NCBI GenBank assembly: GCA_951406725.2
Contig: OX597814.1
Location: 105,524,001 to 105,588,000 of the forward strand
Length of the DNA stretch: 64,000 nucleotides
Reading direction: 5' to 3'
Source: Octopus vulgaris
Lineage: Eukaryota
Shown: one piece after another, positions 1 through 14,823 of the stretch
Position numbering within the stretch: position 1 is the first letter of the stretch
Layout: every line of letters starts with the position of its first letter
Made by a program: the position numbers and the translations under genes
Notes under the pieces: model-generated
What the model was told of the DNA's origin: nothing
Database searches by the model: none
The model's input: the letters and a program-made list of their open reading frames with translations, nothing else

Positions 1-807
1 GAAATAAGAACAATACAAAAAAATGTACTGAGGTTGATTTGTTCGACTAAACCTCACTTGGCAGAGCTCCAGCATGGCCGCTGTCCAATGACTGAAACAA
101 GTAAAAGATAAAATATATTTCTATGCCTATGAATGTTTCAATTAAATCCTTTTTCTCTTATCCCCCTAAAACCCCCAAAGATGTATTAAAAGACACACGC
201 ATACACCCTTCGCTGCCATCTACACGGTTCCACCACCACCGCCCATCCAGCCGTACCCATCCCATTTACACACTTCACAAATAGTAACCAAAGAACAGCT
301 CGCAACTATCGTCAGCCCGACCCCACCCCGAGGTGGGTTCTTTTTCTTTCCTTCTTCCTTTTTCTCTACTTCCTGCCACTTTGACACCTCCACCACCACC
401 ACCACCACTCCCACTATTACTACTACTACACAACAATAACAACCATTATCATACCACCACAACCACCACTATCATACCTCCAGAACCACCACTATCACTA
501 CCACCACCCGTCATACCAGCTCGACGACGACTACCGCCATCACCACCACCACTACCCCACAACACCTCCACAACCACCACTCCCTTAATAATATCAACAC
601 CACCATTAAGATCCCCGCAATATCTCCAGCCTCCACTACTAGTATCAGCATCATCAACATCATCATCATCATCAGCCTAACCACCATCCCACGACGCCGC
701 CGCCGTTAACCACCTCCACCACCATCACCACCTTGACGTAGTTCCGTGTTTGCTTACATCTTTATCAATGCTTCTTGCGTGTATCTCTGTCTGTGTCTGT
801 GTGTCCA

Positions 808-1140
808 TGTGTATGTCTACGTATACGTTTGTGTATGTGTGTATGTGTGTGTGTGTGTGTGTATGTCTACTTATACGTTTGTGTGTGTGTGTATATCTAC
901 GTATACGTTTGTGTGTGTGTGTGTATGTCTACGTATACGTTTGCGTGTGTGTATGTCTACGTATACGTTTGTGTGTGTGTGTGTATGTCTACGTATACGT
1001 TTGTGTGTGTGTGTGTATGTCTACGTATACGTTTGTGTGTGTGTGTGTATGTCTATGTATACGTTTGTGTGTGTGTGTGTGTATGTCTACGTATACGTTT
1101 GTGTGTGTGTGTATGTCTACGTATACGTTTGTGTGTGTGT
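808..1140. repeat. About 30-bp minisatellite GTATGTCTACGTATACGTTT(GT)n
   Basis: About 11 tandem units with variable (GT)n spacer and a palindromic ACGTATACGT core. Confidence 0.9.
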
Positions 1141-1949
1141 GTGTGTGTATCTGTGTGTGTGTGTGTATCTGTGTGTGTGTATGTATGTCTGTGTCTGTGT
1201 CTGTGTGTGTGTGTAGTGTTGTGTGATTGTTGCCTATTTGACCCTTTCCTCAGTCGAGTGTGAACTTAAACTTAAACTCACAACCACTTCCCTCACTCAA
1301 TTACAATCCGCCAGCCACCCCGTCATCAATAGCCTCCTCTTCCTTCTACCTAACACACTTCATACCACCCCATCACTCTTCTACAGCTATCACTTCTCCC
1401 CTTCCACACCTTTACCTCTACCTTTTACCCTGTCTCACTTCACGAACCTCTTCCTCCGCTTTAGCTATTATACTTTCTTCTTCACCTTTCTTTTTACTCT
1501 CACTCTTTCTTTCTTCTCTCTCTTCCTCCCCGCTTACTATTCTCTCTCTTTCTCTCCCTTACTCCTTCTCTCCTTCTCTCTATTCTATCCCTCTCTCGTT
1601 CCCCGCTCTCTCCGCTTCTCGTAATATTGTTTTGTGGTTTATTTTCATTGGATTCTTCAAACTTCTGTTGGTGTAACACAGCATTGGTCGCTTGTTCCTG
1701 TGATTGGAGCGAACAGAGGGAGATTTAGAGGCTTTCATGACGTTCCCAAAGGAAGAAATGCAATGGAGCTACTTGTTACACACACACACACATATAAAAC
1801 GTGTGAGCATGTGTATTTATATTATGAACACACGCACACTCGTATATATATTTATACATATATACACACACACACACACACATATATATATATTTATATA
1901 TATTTGAAAGTTCGGAGATGATGTACAGGTATTTTATATTAGAAGAAAT

Positions 1950-2035
<86 letters not shown>

Positions 2036-2105
2036 AAGGCTTGGAGATGATGTACAGGTATTTTATATTAGAAGAAATGATATAGATATACATATATATG
2101 TATGT

Positions 2106-2152
<47 letters not shown>

Positions 2153-2977
2153 TCATGTGTCTATTTTATACACACACACACACACACACACCACACACAT
2201 ATATATACAGAGAAAGAGAGGGAGGGAGAGAGAGAGAGGTGTTCGGTTTTGCCAGGAGCAGATGGAGAAATGAATACGTACTGGAAAAGTGTAGAATCTA
2301 TTATTAGTTGAAATTACGATAGGAGTTACTTCAAGGCCTCTAGTTTCATGTGAAGGAGCTTATCAAACTGGCGATAAAAAACATAGGGAGCCTCTACGAA
2401 AGAAGTCTCTCAATACTTGTAAATAGGAGATACGGTGGATCTTTTCAAATTTGTGGCCAGGACCCCAGATCTTTCTAGTTAACTAAATAATTTGAAACTT
2501 TGTGTACTCATAGAGTGGAACTAGTTTATTCGCCAGTTGGAACTAGTTTATTTGAGAAAAATCTATTTTGACTTTAATCGTAGATTAAAACTGCGAATTT
2601 TAACCAATGAGATTGCTTGTTTTCATATCTAAAACGTTACTGCGATCTGTTAGTGTGACGTTGAAAGCAGTTTTGTGACGTAGTTGAAGACGGCTTATAA
2701 GCACGTCTGCTATTTCTAAAAAGCTTTGTGTGTGGTAAAGTAATTTTTTTACTTTACCATATTTTTATAAATTATATCGGAGAATCCATATTTTTATAAC
2801 ATATATCGGAGAATCCATGTGATTTTTCGTTGTTTTTCTCTTATACGTATGTGAATTATTTCTGAGTATGCATTGTCTGGGAGACTTTTTCTTGCAGTTG
2901 AGAAATTTTTGGCTGCTATTTCTAAAAAGCTCGGTGTGTGGTTAAGTAATTTTTTTACTTTACCATATTTTTATAAA

Positions 2978-3014
<37 letters not shown>

Positions 3015-3685
3015 TTACTCGGTGTATGTGTATATGTATGTCTGCATGTGTGTGTGTATGTATGTGTGTGTGTGTAAGTATGTGTAAAAAATTACATTGA
3101 ATCGGCCATACATACATACATACACACACATACACAGATACATACACACATACATTCAGGCATATACACATACACCAAGTAAAAAATTTCAGTTATCTCT
3201 CTCTTTCACACATTACTCTCTCTGTCTCTTCACACACACTAACAGAAGCACTTCACTTACACAACATACTGTCTCCCACACCCCATCAAACACACACACA
3301 CACACATGTACATCAATGCTTCCCCTAGACGGTAACTTCAAAGACAAACTTTTGTTATTAGAAAGTGGCTGACTATAGTTTGTTTACATTTAAGATGTTT
3401 AATACGTCACGAAATTGGTGGTCGAGACGGAGTAAATAAAATAAAGCCGAATGACGGAATATCATTGGTTAAAATTCTAATTATTAAACAACGTTAAACT
3501 TAGAAGTTACAATTCCGTTTTCATTCTGGTTTACAATTAAGTTTACTTTTGACACATTCTACCAGTATACGAAGTTTCAAATTGTTTGGTTCAGTAGGAA
3601 AAATTTGAAAAAACTGGCTTCAGAATAGAAAAGATCCGATACGGTTAATATCACGTGGTTAGAGTGGGTACGTTTGAAAATCTAT

Positions 3686-3835
3686 GGCTGTGGTGACGGG
3701 AGCTTGCTTCCCAACCACATGCTTCCGGGTTCAGTCCTACTGCGTGTTACCTTCAGCAAGTGTCTTCTACTAAAGCCTCGGACAGACCAAAGCCTTCTGA
3801 GTGGATTTGGCAGACGGAAATTGAAAGAAACCTAT
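3686..3835 (+). mobile_element. SINE family A, 5' half
   Basis: GCTTGCTTCCCAACCACATG..GGTTCAGTCC..GACGGAAATTGAAAGAA. Confidence 0.75.
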
Positions 3836-4171
3836 ATATATATATATATGTATAAGTAAACGTATACGTATACACATACACACACTCACACACACACATA
3901 TATATATATAAATATAAGTATACATACATCCATTAATTTGTAATGGATACAAATTAATCAACACATTAACCTACAATTGTTTCATTTCACAAATAAAACC
4001 GAAATTACAAAACATATATAAATATATAATTATGCATTTTTAAATACCTTGGATGGAAAATCATCAAGGTGTTCAAAGGACAACAATAAGGGTTACATTA
4101 GAATACATTATTGTATGTATGTGTATGTATATATGTATGTATGTGTATGTATGTGTGTGCATGTATGTATG

Positions 4172-4215
<44 letters not shown>

Positions 4216-4380
4216 CCAGCGGGGTGGCGTCATTTGAAGGCTAAAACAATGCGAAGCGGATTGTGACCAGTGAAGTGTAGCAACATCTGATAGCGTGGTC
4301 GGTCACGGTGATATATATATGTGTGTGTGTATGTATATATGTATATATATACACATATACACACACACACACACATATAT

Positions 4381-4452
<72 letters not shown>

Positions 4453-4454
<2 letters not shown>

Positions 4455-4602
4455 CTCGACTATTGCGGGTGTTATGTTCCAAAACACCCCGCGATGGGTG
4501 AAAATCCGCGAAGTAGAAACAGTACTGTACTGTATGTTTTTCTTACGTAAGCTTAAATAATAAACCGTCATAGGTGAACCGCGATATAGCGAGGGATTAC
4601 CG
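4453..4602 (+). mobile_element. Tigger-like MITE fragment
   Basis: Ends ...GGTGAACCGCGATATAGCGAGGGATTACCG-TA; homologous to 62935-63170. Confidence 0.6.
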
Positions 4603-5221
4603 TATACACGTGTGTGCGCCTTCGCGCGTGTTCGATAATAAGTACCAGGTTTAAAAAATTAGTACTAGCGATCAGTCCATTCGTCTTAAAGAATTCTTGA
4701 AGGTGTTGCCCCAACATGGCCGCGATCCAATGCCTGAAACAAGTAAAAGAGCAAAATATAGATATATAAAGAGTACTTTTATGTGGGTACACACCGACAA
4801 ACACAGACATTCCTATCTTCATACATATTCATTTTCTTGAATGAATGAATAAATATAATGATAAATTACTTGAATATACACGTATTTTCTCACACACCAA
4901 CAAACACTTGTATACATACGTCATTATTTACACGCACATAGAAACCCTGAAGAGGGCAGAATGCTATGTACATTCGCACACGAATACAGTGTATATACTA
5001 TTAACACACAAGTTGTGAGCGGATATGTGCACGGCAATTCATACGTTCCCGCTACAAATACACGGCTACAGGTAATTGTTGCAACGATTACAGGACAGAC
5101 ATTCGTACATTACGTGCAAACACAGATACACATGAACAGACACGTCGATGGTTATGTCAACCAATATTCTAGTGAAGTACATTAGAAAACGAAAATCTAT
5201 GAATATGTGATTAACTGCGAG

Positions 5222-5309
<88 letters not shown>

Positions 5310-5312
5310 TAT

Positions 5313-5684
5313 TCTTTTATTCTTTTACTTGTTTCAGTCATTTTGACTGCGGCCATGCTGAAGCACCGCCTTTAGTCGAGCAAATCGCCCCCAGGACTTA
5401 TTCTCTATAAGCCTAGTACTTATTCTATCGGTATCTTTTGCCGAACCGCTAACGTAAACACACCACCATCGGTTGTCAAGCGATGTGGGGGGGGGGGGGC
5501 ATACAAACATATAAACACACACACACACACACACATACATATATACGACGGGCTTCTTTCGGTTTCCGTCTACCAAATCCACTCACAAGGCTTTGGTCGG
5601 CCCGAGGCTATAGTAGAAGACACTTGGCCAAGGTGCCACGCAGTGGGACTGAACTCGGAACCATGTGGTTGGTAAGCAAGCTAC

Positions 5685-5685
<1 letters not shown>
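5313..5685 (-). mobile_element. SINE family A
   Basis: Reverse complement of the 27409-27785 consensus. Confidence 0.85.
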
Positions 5686-5733
<48 letters not shown>

Positions 5734-5743
5734 TCGCAGATAA

Positions 5744-5772
<29 letters not shown>

Positions 5773-5781
<9 letters not shown>

Positions 5782-6089
5782 ATATGTTACATTACTCAAT
5801 AGTCAAGATAAAACTCTGAGTTTCAGATGCCGAAGTGGAAATCCACAACACCATCTCTTCGGTTAACTGGCCATCAGAAAAACGCTATGAAAAAATCTTT
5901 TTCAAACCGTTTTTCAGATGGCCAGTTAACCGAAAAGATGGTGCTGTGGATTTCCACTTCGGCATCTGAAACTCAGTGTTTTATCTTGACTATTGAGTAA
6001 TGTAACATATTATTTTATAGATAAATTTCCTCTATTTACATAACATTGAGGTCTCTTTCTTTCTTTTGTTATCTTACTGTTTTTACCAA
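5773..6089. mobile_element. Penelope-like terminal-repeat relic with about 110-bp inverted arms (5773-5884 / 5908-6019)
   Basis: Near-perfect palindrome embedded in (TA)n; each arm carries a hammerhead-like motif. Confidence 0.65.
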
Positions 6090-6627
6090 TATATATATAT
6101 AATACGTATATATATATATATATGTATATGTATGCATGTATATAAATAAGTATGTATGTATATATTTATATTTATCAATCTATAGAAATATTGGGTGGTC
6201 GGCTGATTGACTTCTCCAGTCACGCTTTCCATCATACAGTGAGAAGGGGGAGAGACATTAGAGGTGCAGGAGGAGTGCACATACTAGGTTTGTTGGCAGG
6301 CAATGAGTAAAGGAACGTGACACGCACTCAGTGAGAGAGAAAGGATCCGGAAGAAAGGGACGGAGGTGGAAAAGGGAGTGAATGAACGAGTAGTTTATGT
6401 CAATAGTCATACAAATGAGAAATGTCTTTTAAGGTATAACTTTCTTTTTTAAATTAATTTAAATTTCATCAATTTTTTGTTAACCACGTAGAAATTTAAT
6501 AAAAAGTTGGATTATAATTATTGCACGTCTGCCATGTTTCCTGATATTACCCATGGGAGCAAAAATATACAGTCGTGTGAGTGTAAATATACACTCACTC
6601 ATTCAAGCACACATGTATGTATATATA

Positions 6628-7006
6628 TTCTTTTATTTGTTTCAGGCATTTGACTGCGGCCATGCTGGAGTACTGCCTTTCAGTAGACTAAATCGACCAC
6701 AGAACTTATTCTTTGTAAGCCCAGTACTTATTCTATCATTCTCTTTTCTCAAACCACTATGTTACGGGGACGTAAACACACCAACGTCGGTTGTCAAGCG
6801 ATGGTTTGGGGACAAACACAGACACACAAACATATACACACATACATATATATGACGGGCTTCTTCCAGTTTCCGTCTACCAAATCCACTCACAAGGGTT
6901 TGGTCGGCCCAAGGCTATAGTAGAAGACACTTAACCAAGGTGTCATGCAGTGGGACTGAACCCGAAACCATGTGGCTGGTAAGCAATCTACTGATCACAC
7001 AGCCAC
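6628..7006 (-). mobile_element. SINE family A
   Basis: Reverse complement of the family A consensus. Confidence 0.85.
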
Positions 7007-7041
7007 ATACACATACATTCATAAATACACACACATATGCA

Positions 7042-7101
<60 letters not shown>

Positions 7102-7143
7102 CAGCCATCTATCTATCTATCTAACAGAAAGACAGACAGACAA

Positions 7144-7218
<75 letters not shown>

Positions 7219-7277
7219 TACAGAGACAGGCACAGATAGATAGACAGATAAATATATAGATAGACAGACATATAGAC

Positions 7278-7334
<57 letters not shown>

Positions 7335-7435
7335 TAGATAGAAAGATAGATAGACAGACAGACAGATAGATAGATAAACAGACAGACAAATAAACAGACA
7401 GACAGACAGATAAACAGACAGACAGACAGACAGAC

Positions 7436-8328
<893 letters not shown>

Positions 8329-8685
8329 CACTGGGACCATCTATCCAAAGGAACCAGATTGGGCCACTTAGAATAGAAAACTCAGTGTTGGGAGAGTCAA
8401 CATGCTCAGTTGCAAACAACCAGTCCTACAAAATATATTTTGTTTCCTTTGAGGACGTGCATTGTTGATCTCATTTTTTCTTTTCAATAAAACACACACA
8501 TACCCACACATACATAAAAGAGAGAAGATGAAAGGTTCTTCCCTAGCCATGGGTTCATAAAACTGGTTTCCCGAATCCTGTGTCGTATGTATTCCTCCCT
8601 GGACGGGACGCGTGTCTATCAAACAGTTACTCACTTTTGCCAGCTGAGTTCAGTGGGGGCAACGTGAAATGAAGTGTGTTTTATG

Positions 8686-8880
8686 CTTCAGTCATTTGAC
8701 TGTGACCATGCTGGAGCACCGACCATAGGCGAACAAATCGAAACCTAGGACTTATTCTTTGTAAGCCTAGTACTTATTCTATCGGTCCCTACTGCCGAAC
8801 TTCTATGTTACGGGGACATAAACATAACAACATCGGTGGTCAAGCGACGATAGGGAGGGGGGACAAACACAGACACACAA
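8686..8880 (-). mobile_element. SINE family A, 3' half
   Basis: Tail and second monomer only. Confidence 0.8.
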
Positions 8881-8963
8881 ATACATTTATATTTGTATGT
8901 ATGTATGTATATATATATATATATATACACATAAATATATATGCATGTATGTATATGTATGTG

Positions 8964-9001
<38 letters not shown>

Positions 9002-9013
9002 TATAGGGAGAAG

Positions 9014-9047
<34 letters not shown>

Positions 9048-9177
9048 ATAAATAAAAATATATGCATACATACAAACATATATGTACATACCTACATCTA
9101 CATGTATATATACATGCATATATAAATAATTATACGTGAGTACAGGACACCACAATAAGACGTAAATATATATATAT

Positions 9178-9773
<596 letters not shown>

Positions 9774-9843
9774 TTTATGAAATCTTAACCTTCCTCTGCA
9801 TCGGGCAGGCTTCTTGCAAGTTTTACTTTTTAATTTTCTGCAG

Positions 9844-10098
9844 ATGATTCGAAAACCTGTAGTCAGTCATGCATGCAAAATCACCCTTCTCCACGCCACT
9901 GAGTTTATACAAAGGACAGCATGGCATCACAGAAGACGGGCCTCACTCGTCGCCCCAAGAACCGGAACGGATGCCATGAGACATCCTGTTCGTCACTTTA
10001 TTCCGCCAATCCGCTGCTCTCGTCTGTTCGGGTACTTTATAAAGCGGCACCCGAAAGTTATCACTTGTAAAACAATATATAAAGTTGTCGATGAAATG
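9844..10098 (+). CDS. Candidate alternative upstream exon (85 codons, MIRKPVV...KVVDEM) of the same gene
   Basis: Strong acceptor (ttttaattttctgcag), 255 nt of non-repetitive sequence open in one frame, ATG|GTACGT donor in phase 0 compatible with exon 44686. Island of unique sequence between (TA)n and (TACA)n tracts. No recognisable protein motif. Confidence 0.45.
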
Positions 10099-10524
10099 GT
10101 ACGTAGTCTCACGTGTATGTGTGAAGGCCTTGTTCTTACCAATATATACACATGAACATACATACATACATACATACATACATACATACATACATACATA
10201 CATACATACATACATACATACATACATACATGTGGACGCTGACAATAAAAAAGAAAAAAATCCGCAACGCGCCCTGCCTCTTAAAATTGTATAACACTTT
10301 CATCACCACCATCGCCACCACTCATTATAACCACCACCACCTACAGCATTTCTACACCACCATCGCCGCCTTTGTTCATACTAAAAGAGCTACAAATGTC
10401 CGTTAGTACTTTTAAACTATTCACTCGAGTTAACTTCATCATTTTTGTCAATAATGCAAAATAGTCAGCTCTGACTTGTAAAAATTAGTTTATTAATATC
10501 ACTAATTACAATTCTTATAATTGG

Positions 10525-10800
10525 AGAGAGCCTTTCTGTGACAGTTCATAACTACAGAAGCCCTTTTGTGACATGTCATAACTATAGAGTCCCATTTGTT
10601 AAATGTCGTAAACTACAGAGTCCCATTTGTTAAATGTCGTAACTACAGAGTCCCATTTGTTAAGTGTCGTAACTACAGGGTCCTTCCTGTGAGGTGTCGT
10701 AACTACAGTCCGTTTTGTGACATGTCATAAATAAAGACTGCCTTTTGTGACATATCGTAGCTACAAAGTTCCTTCGGAGCGGTGTCGTAACTACAGTCCC
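10525..10800. repeat. About 30-bp minisatellite AACTACAGAGTCCCATTTGTTAAATGTCGT
   Basis: About 9 units, central ones near-identical, edges diverged. Confidence 0.9.
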
Positions 10801-12574
10801 GCTGTGAGTGCAGTGAGCCAGCATGGGGGTTTCAAAGTGGTAATGCGCCCGCTAGAAATAGCAGCCTCTACCTCAAATCATATTCGGTAGCAAAGTTTCT
10901 GTAATACAAACAGGTGGGATGGTCACGACCATAACGCCTTTGCTCATAGGTCTGGTTGATTAGGACAGACCTGCAGTTAAACAACAACAAACAGAAAGGA
11001 TACATTAGATAATATTAGGGCCAAATACTTTATACCTCAAAAAAAGAAACCCCACCGCCACCATCAAGACAAATCCCCACCCCACCCAACAATACCGGCG
11101 CCAATACCACCGGCACCAACACCATCACATCCATTACCACTACCAGTAAAATCAACCTGTTAGAAATAGCAGCAAGATCTCTCTCAATATCGCAAAAAGT
11201 GACCAAAATGATATTCGATAATGTAAGCCTAGATATATTTCGTCTGAGATGGTCACAACAGGATTATAGAACTGGCTGATCGAAACTAACTGCAGACTCC
11301 ACAACAACAGAAAAGGATAAGAAGTTTTAGCAAAAAAAAATAAAATAAAATAAATAAATAAATAAAAGGCTTTTCGAAAATCTGGTAATGAAAGCCTACA
11401 ACACAAACAACTTCAACACAACGATATTACCACCACCAACAACAACAACAACAACAACAGCAGCAGCAGCAGCAGACGATAATTACAAGATGATAACAGT
11501 TGTAAAATTCGCAACAAACTGACGAGAAAAGGACCAGAGCCGTTACAATAGAATACAACCATGACCATCAGTAACGACAAACATCGAAACAATGAGTAGC
11601 TTCTACGTGGTCTCGCAACATACTAGAAACTGCAGCCAGCTCTCTCTTTCTTTCCCTCCCTCTCCCCCTCTTCCTCACTCACTCACTCTCTGTAATCACA
11701 CCTAAAAAACACACATTTATTAATGCAGTCTTTAGATATAAGATGTGGTGATCACAGCTGGAAAGTCTTTGATAATAAATAGGTCTGCTGAGTTGGGACT
11801 GTCCTGAGACTATACAACTGCAATAACAAATCGAAGAACTACAATATTTGTTCAAGGATATAATATAGTGTATAACAGGCACAGATCTACAAATACTGGT
11901 TTTGAATTTTGCCACAAAGCAAGCAAATTTTAGCGGAAGGGTAAGTCGATTACATCGACCCCAGGGCTCAACTGATACTTATTTTATCAGCCCACGAAAG
12001 GATGAAAGGCAAAGTCGACCTCGGCGGAATTTGAACTCAGAACAGATCTACATATACAAAAGGAGGAACATAACCGATTAACTACGCTCCCTATTATATC
12101 ACTGGTATTAAATTATCGTATCGACCCTGGAAAGATGAAAGGCAAATTCGACCTGGACGGGATTTGAAGTCAGGACAGAGAGAGAGACTGTTGCAGTTTC
12201 TAACAACAGCAGCAGCAGCACAACTTGTAAGCAGCAGACGACATGAGACAGCTTCGATATAACAACAACAACGAGAACAATAACAACATCTGTAGTAATG
12301 TAGTTGTATCAATAATTCAAAGAGCAGACGACATGGTAGAAGAATCGAAAGAAGAAAAGACAGACGTTAAATTAGTCGATAATAATAATAATTAGGCAAG
12401 ATATAGATGGAATAATTTCATTAAAAGATGACAACGAATCAGTGATAAGAACAATAACAAGTGACAGCAACAATAACAACAAGCATTTCAAAGTATAATT
12501 TACAATAACTTGGAGATAAAAATCGAACAGCAGACGACAGCGTGCAAGTTGTAACAACAACTAAAGCAACTATG

Positions 12575-13078
12575 AACTCCACGCGATATCATACTATTAT
12601 TGCTCGTCCAGTTTCGGGCCTCACTCGTTGTCAATCGTCCTGCCGGTTGTAGCTCGTAGGACTCTCTCTCTCTATATATATATATATGTATATGAAAGCA
12701 CCGTCACTATCGGGATGATCCAGATAATTCTCGCCACCACCTCCACTACGATGGAGTCGACGACGGTGGAGAAGAAGAGAAAGAAATAGAAGAAATAAAA
12801 GAACAACAATAATTACTATTACTACTACTACTACTACCACTTAGTAGTAGTACTACTACTGCTGCTGTGAGTGAAAGAAAGCCAGCGCCCTGCCAATGTT
12901 CTGCCGACACCACGGCCGCCATCATAGCTCCTCGCTGCTGCTAGTGTTGTCGAGTTGTTGTGTGTGATATACAATGTGTAGCTTCGGAGTTGTTTGGTTC
13001 TAGGCATCGGATTTACTTAACTATTGGAATTACACTTGAAGAAGAAGAAGAAGTAGAAGAAAAAAAAAATAAAATACC
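12575..13078 (+). promoter_or_regulatory. Probable promoter / 5' UTR of the exon at 13079
   Basis: Non-transposon, locally CpG-rich stretch directly upstream of the initiator ATG; contains short upstream ORFs (e.g. 12751-12789). The TSS cannot be located from sequence. Confidence 0.5.
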
Positions 13079-13111
13079 ATGGCTGCTTCGCGACTTGTTG
13101 AAGAGAAGGAT
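13079..13111 (+). CDS. prickle: First coding exon of a PET-LIM (prickle/testin family) gene: MAASRLVEEKD
   Basis: ACCATGG Kozak context, in-frame TAA at 13070-13072, 11 codons, then a canonical GTAAGT donor at 13112 (phase 0) matching the phase-0 acceptor exon at 44686. A short first coding exon is also the layout of vertebrate TES, LMCD1 and PRICKLE3. The symbol is a best guess within the family. Confidence 0.75.
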
Positions 13112-13478
13112 GTAAGTAGCCACGTCTAGTATAATATATATATATATACACACTTACGTATATATACAGTTGTATACATTCGATTTCAAATATATGTATG
13201 TATATATAAATATATATATATGTGTGTGTTACACATAGTAGCATTATGTATTTACTATATCGCAGCCGACACATATCTTTCGGCCATTATTTGTCCAGTT
13301 TTAATTCTTCCGTCCTTCCATCCGTCCAAAACAAAAAAAAACTGACCATTTCCTTGTCTTTTTCCCGCAAAAACCAAGTCTATATTTATTCGAACCCTTG
13401 TGCGTGTTTTCAGTTGTATTTATGTTTACAACTACGTGCATCCTTCGCTCTTTTCTATCCACAAATTTACACAGGCAT

Positions 13479-13535
<57 letters not shown>

Positions 13536-14776
13536 CACACACACTACTACTATATCGGTCCGTGTCTATCATTTCGACTCTAATCTCGTCTTTCCTTCTA
13601 AACCTACCCGTCTATCTATCCCTACGCCTGCCTAGCTGTCATACATAATAATACCTTTAATGGGACTGTTTAGTCTTCGTGTGTGTGTGTGTACACAAAA
13701 ATATATACCTTGTCTGTACAGGTCTCTCTGAAAAGACCCACCCTAGACGGTATGCTTGTGGGTCGATCTATAATCGGTGTCACACGGAAAGTCTGTTTTT
13801 ATATAAACATTGTCTTGTCCAGGAAATAAAATACCGCCTTATTTCGTAACCGGCCTTGCTCTCACAAACATACATACATACATGTGTGTGTGTGTGCGTG
13901 CGTGCACATACATACACACACACGCACACACATGTATGCTCGTCGGACATAGACATATATACAAATTTTCTACGAACACGTTTGATGTGAAACGTGTGTG
14001 CATATATATATATATATGTTTTATTTGGTGTCCTGTACCCATATATGCATGTATATATACATATAGATGTTATAGATGTAGGTATTTACATATATGTAAG
14101 TATATATGCATATGTTTTATTTGCTCTTATATATATATATACAGCTGCGTGTCCTGTAGTTTATCGGTCAGTTCTTTGCCATAGAAGTAAAAAAAAAATT
14201 AGGAATAATAATAATAACCTTTACCTGTATGTGAGTGTTTATAACTTTAAACATTTAAATTACAAACTGTCCTGATCACGACAGGCGGCGACTAACTTAA
14301 TTTACGACTACTACTACATTATTTAAAAATTCAGTGTGAGAGCTAAGAAATGTGTTTGGGATATGGCAAGTGGAAATGGACCGCAGTGTATGACTGGTAT
14401 TTATCAACCCAGGAAGAGCAACAGCTCGAACGGAAATATTAGCAACATGTGCTGCATTAAACACACACATGGTTACAGGCGTGGATAAGCAGTTAAGTTT
14501 GTTCCGCAACCATTAGCTCTTCGGTTCGATCCCTCAGCTGGAAATCGTGGACGAGTGTCTTAATATTTTTGTGTTGGTCCTTTGAATTACAGGTACCTCA
14601 AAGGGCCAACATTTTCTCCCCCCCTCTCTCTCACACACACAGCGTATATATATATATATATGTATACTTCCTTATTTAGGTGTGACTTCAGAACCTACAT
14701 TTTTTTTCGAGCGCGAGTACTTGTGTGTGTATATAGATATAAATATACTTTTTTTAAAAGCAGTAGAAAATATAAC

Positions 14777-14823
14777 AAAAGCTGTTACTCAGAGTTTCAC
14801 GTTCCCGTTCGTCGGACAGTTTT
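14777..14823 (-). ncRNA. Minimal type I hammerhead ribozyme motif
   Basis: Minus strand aaaactgt-CCGACGA-acg ggaa cgt-GAAA-ctc t gag-TA-acagctttt: stems I, II and III all pair; U4C core variant. Confidence 0.7.

Noticed and set aside
333-680. Pro/Thr-rich ORF
   Set aside because: Degenerate (CAC/CAT/TAC)n low-complexity sequence, non-ATG start, no splice support.
10525-10800. 30-bp repeats superficially CRISPR-like
   Set aside because: Head-to-tail units with no unique spacers, eukaryotic context, no cas genes.
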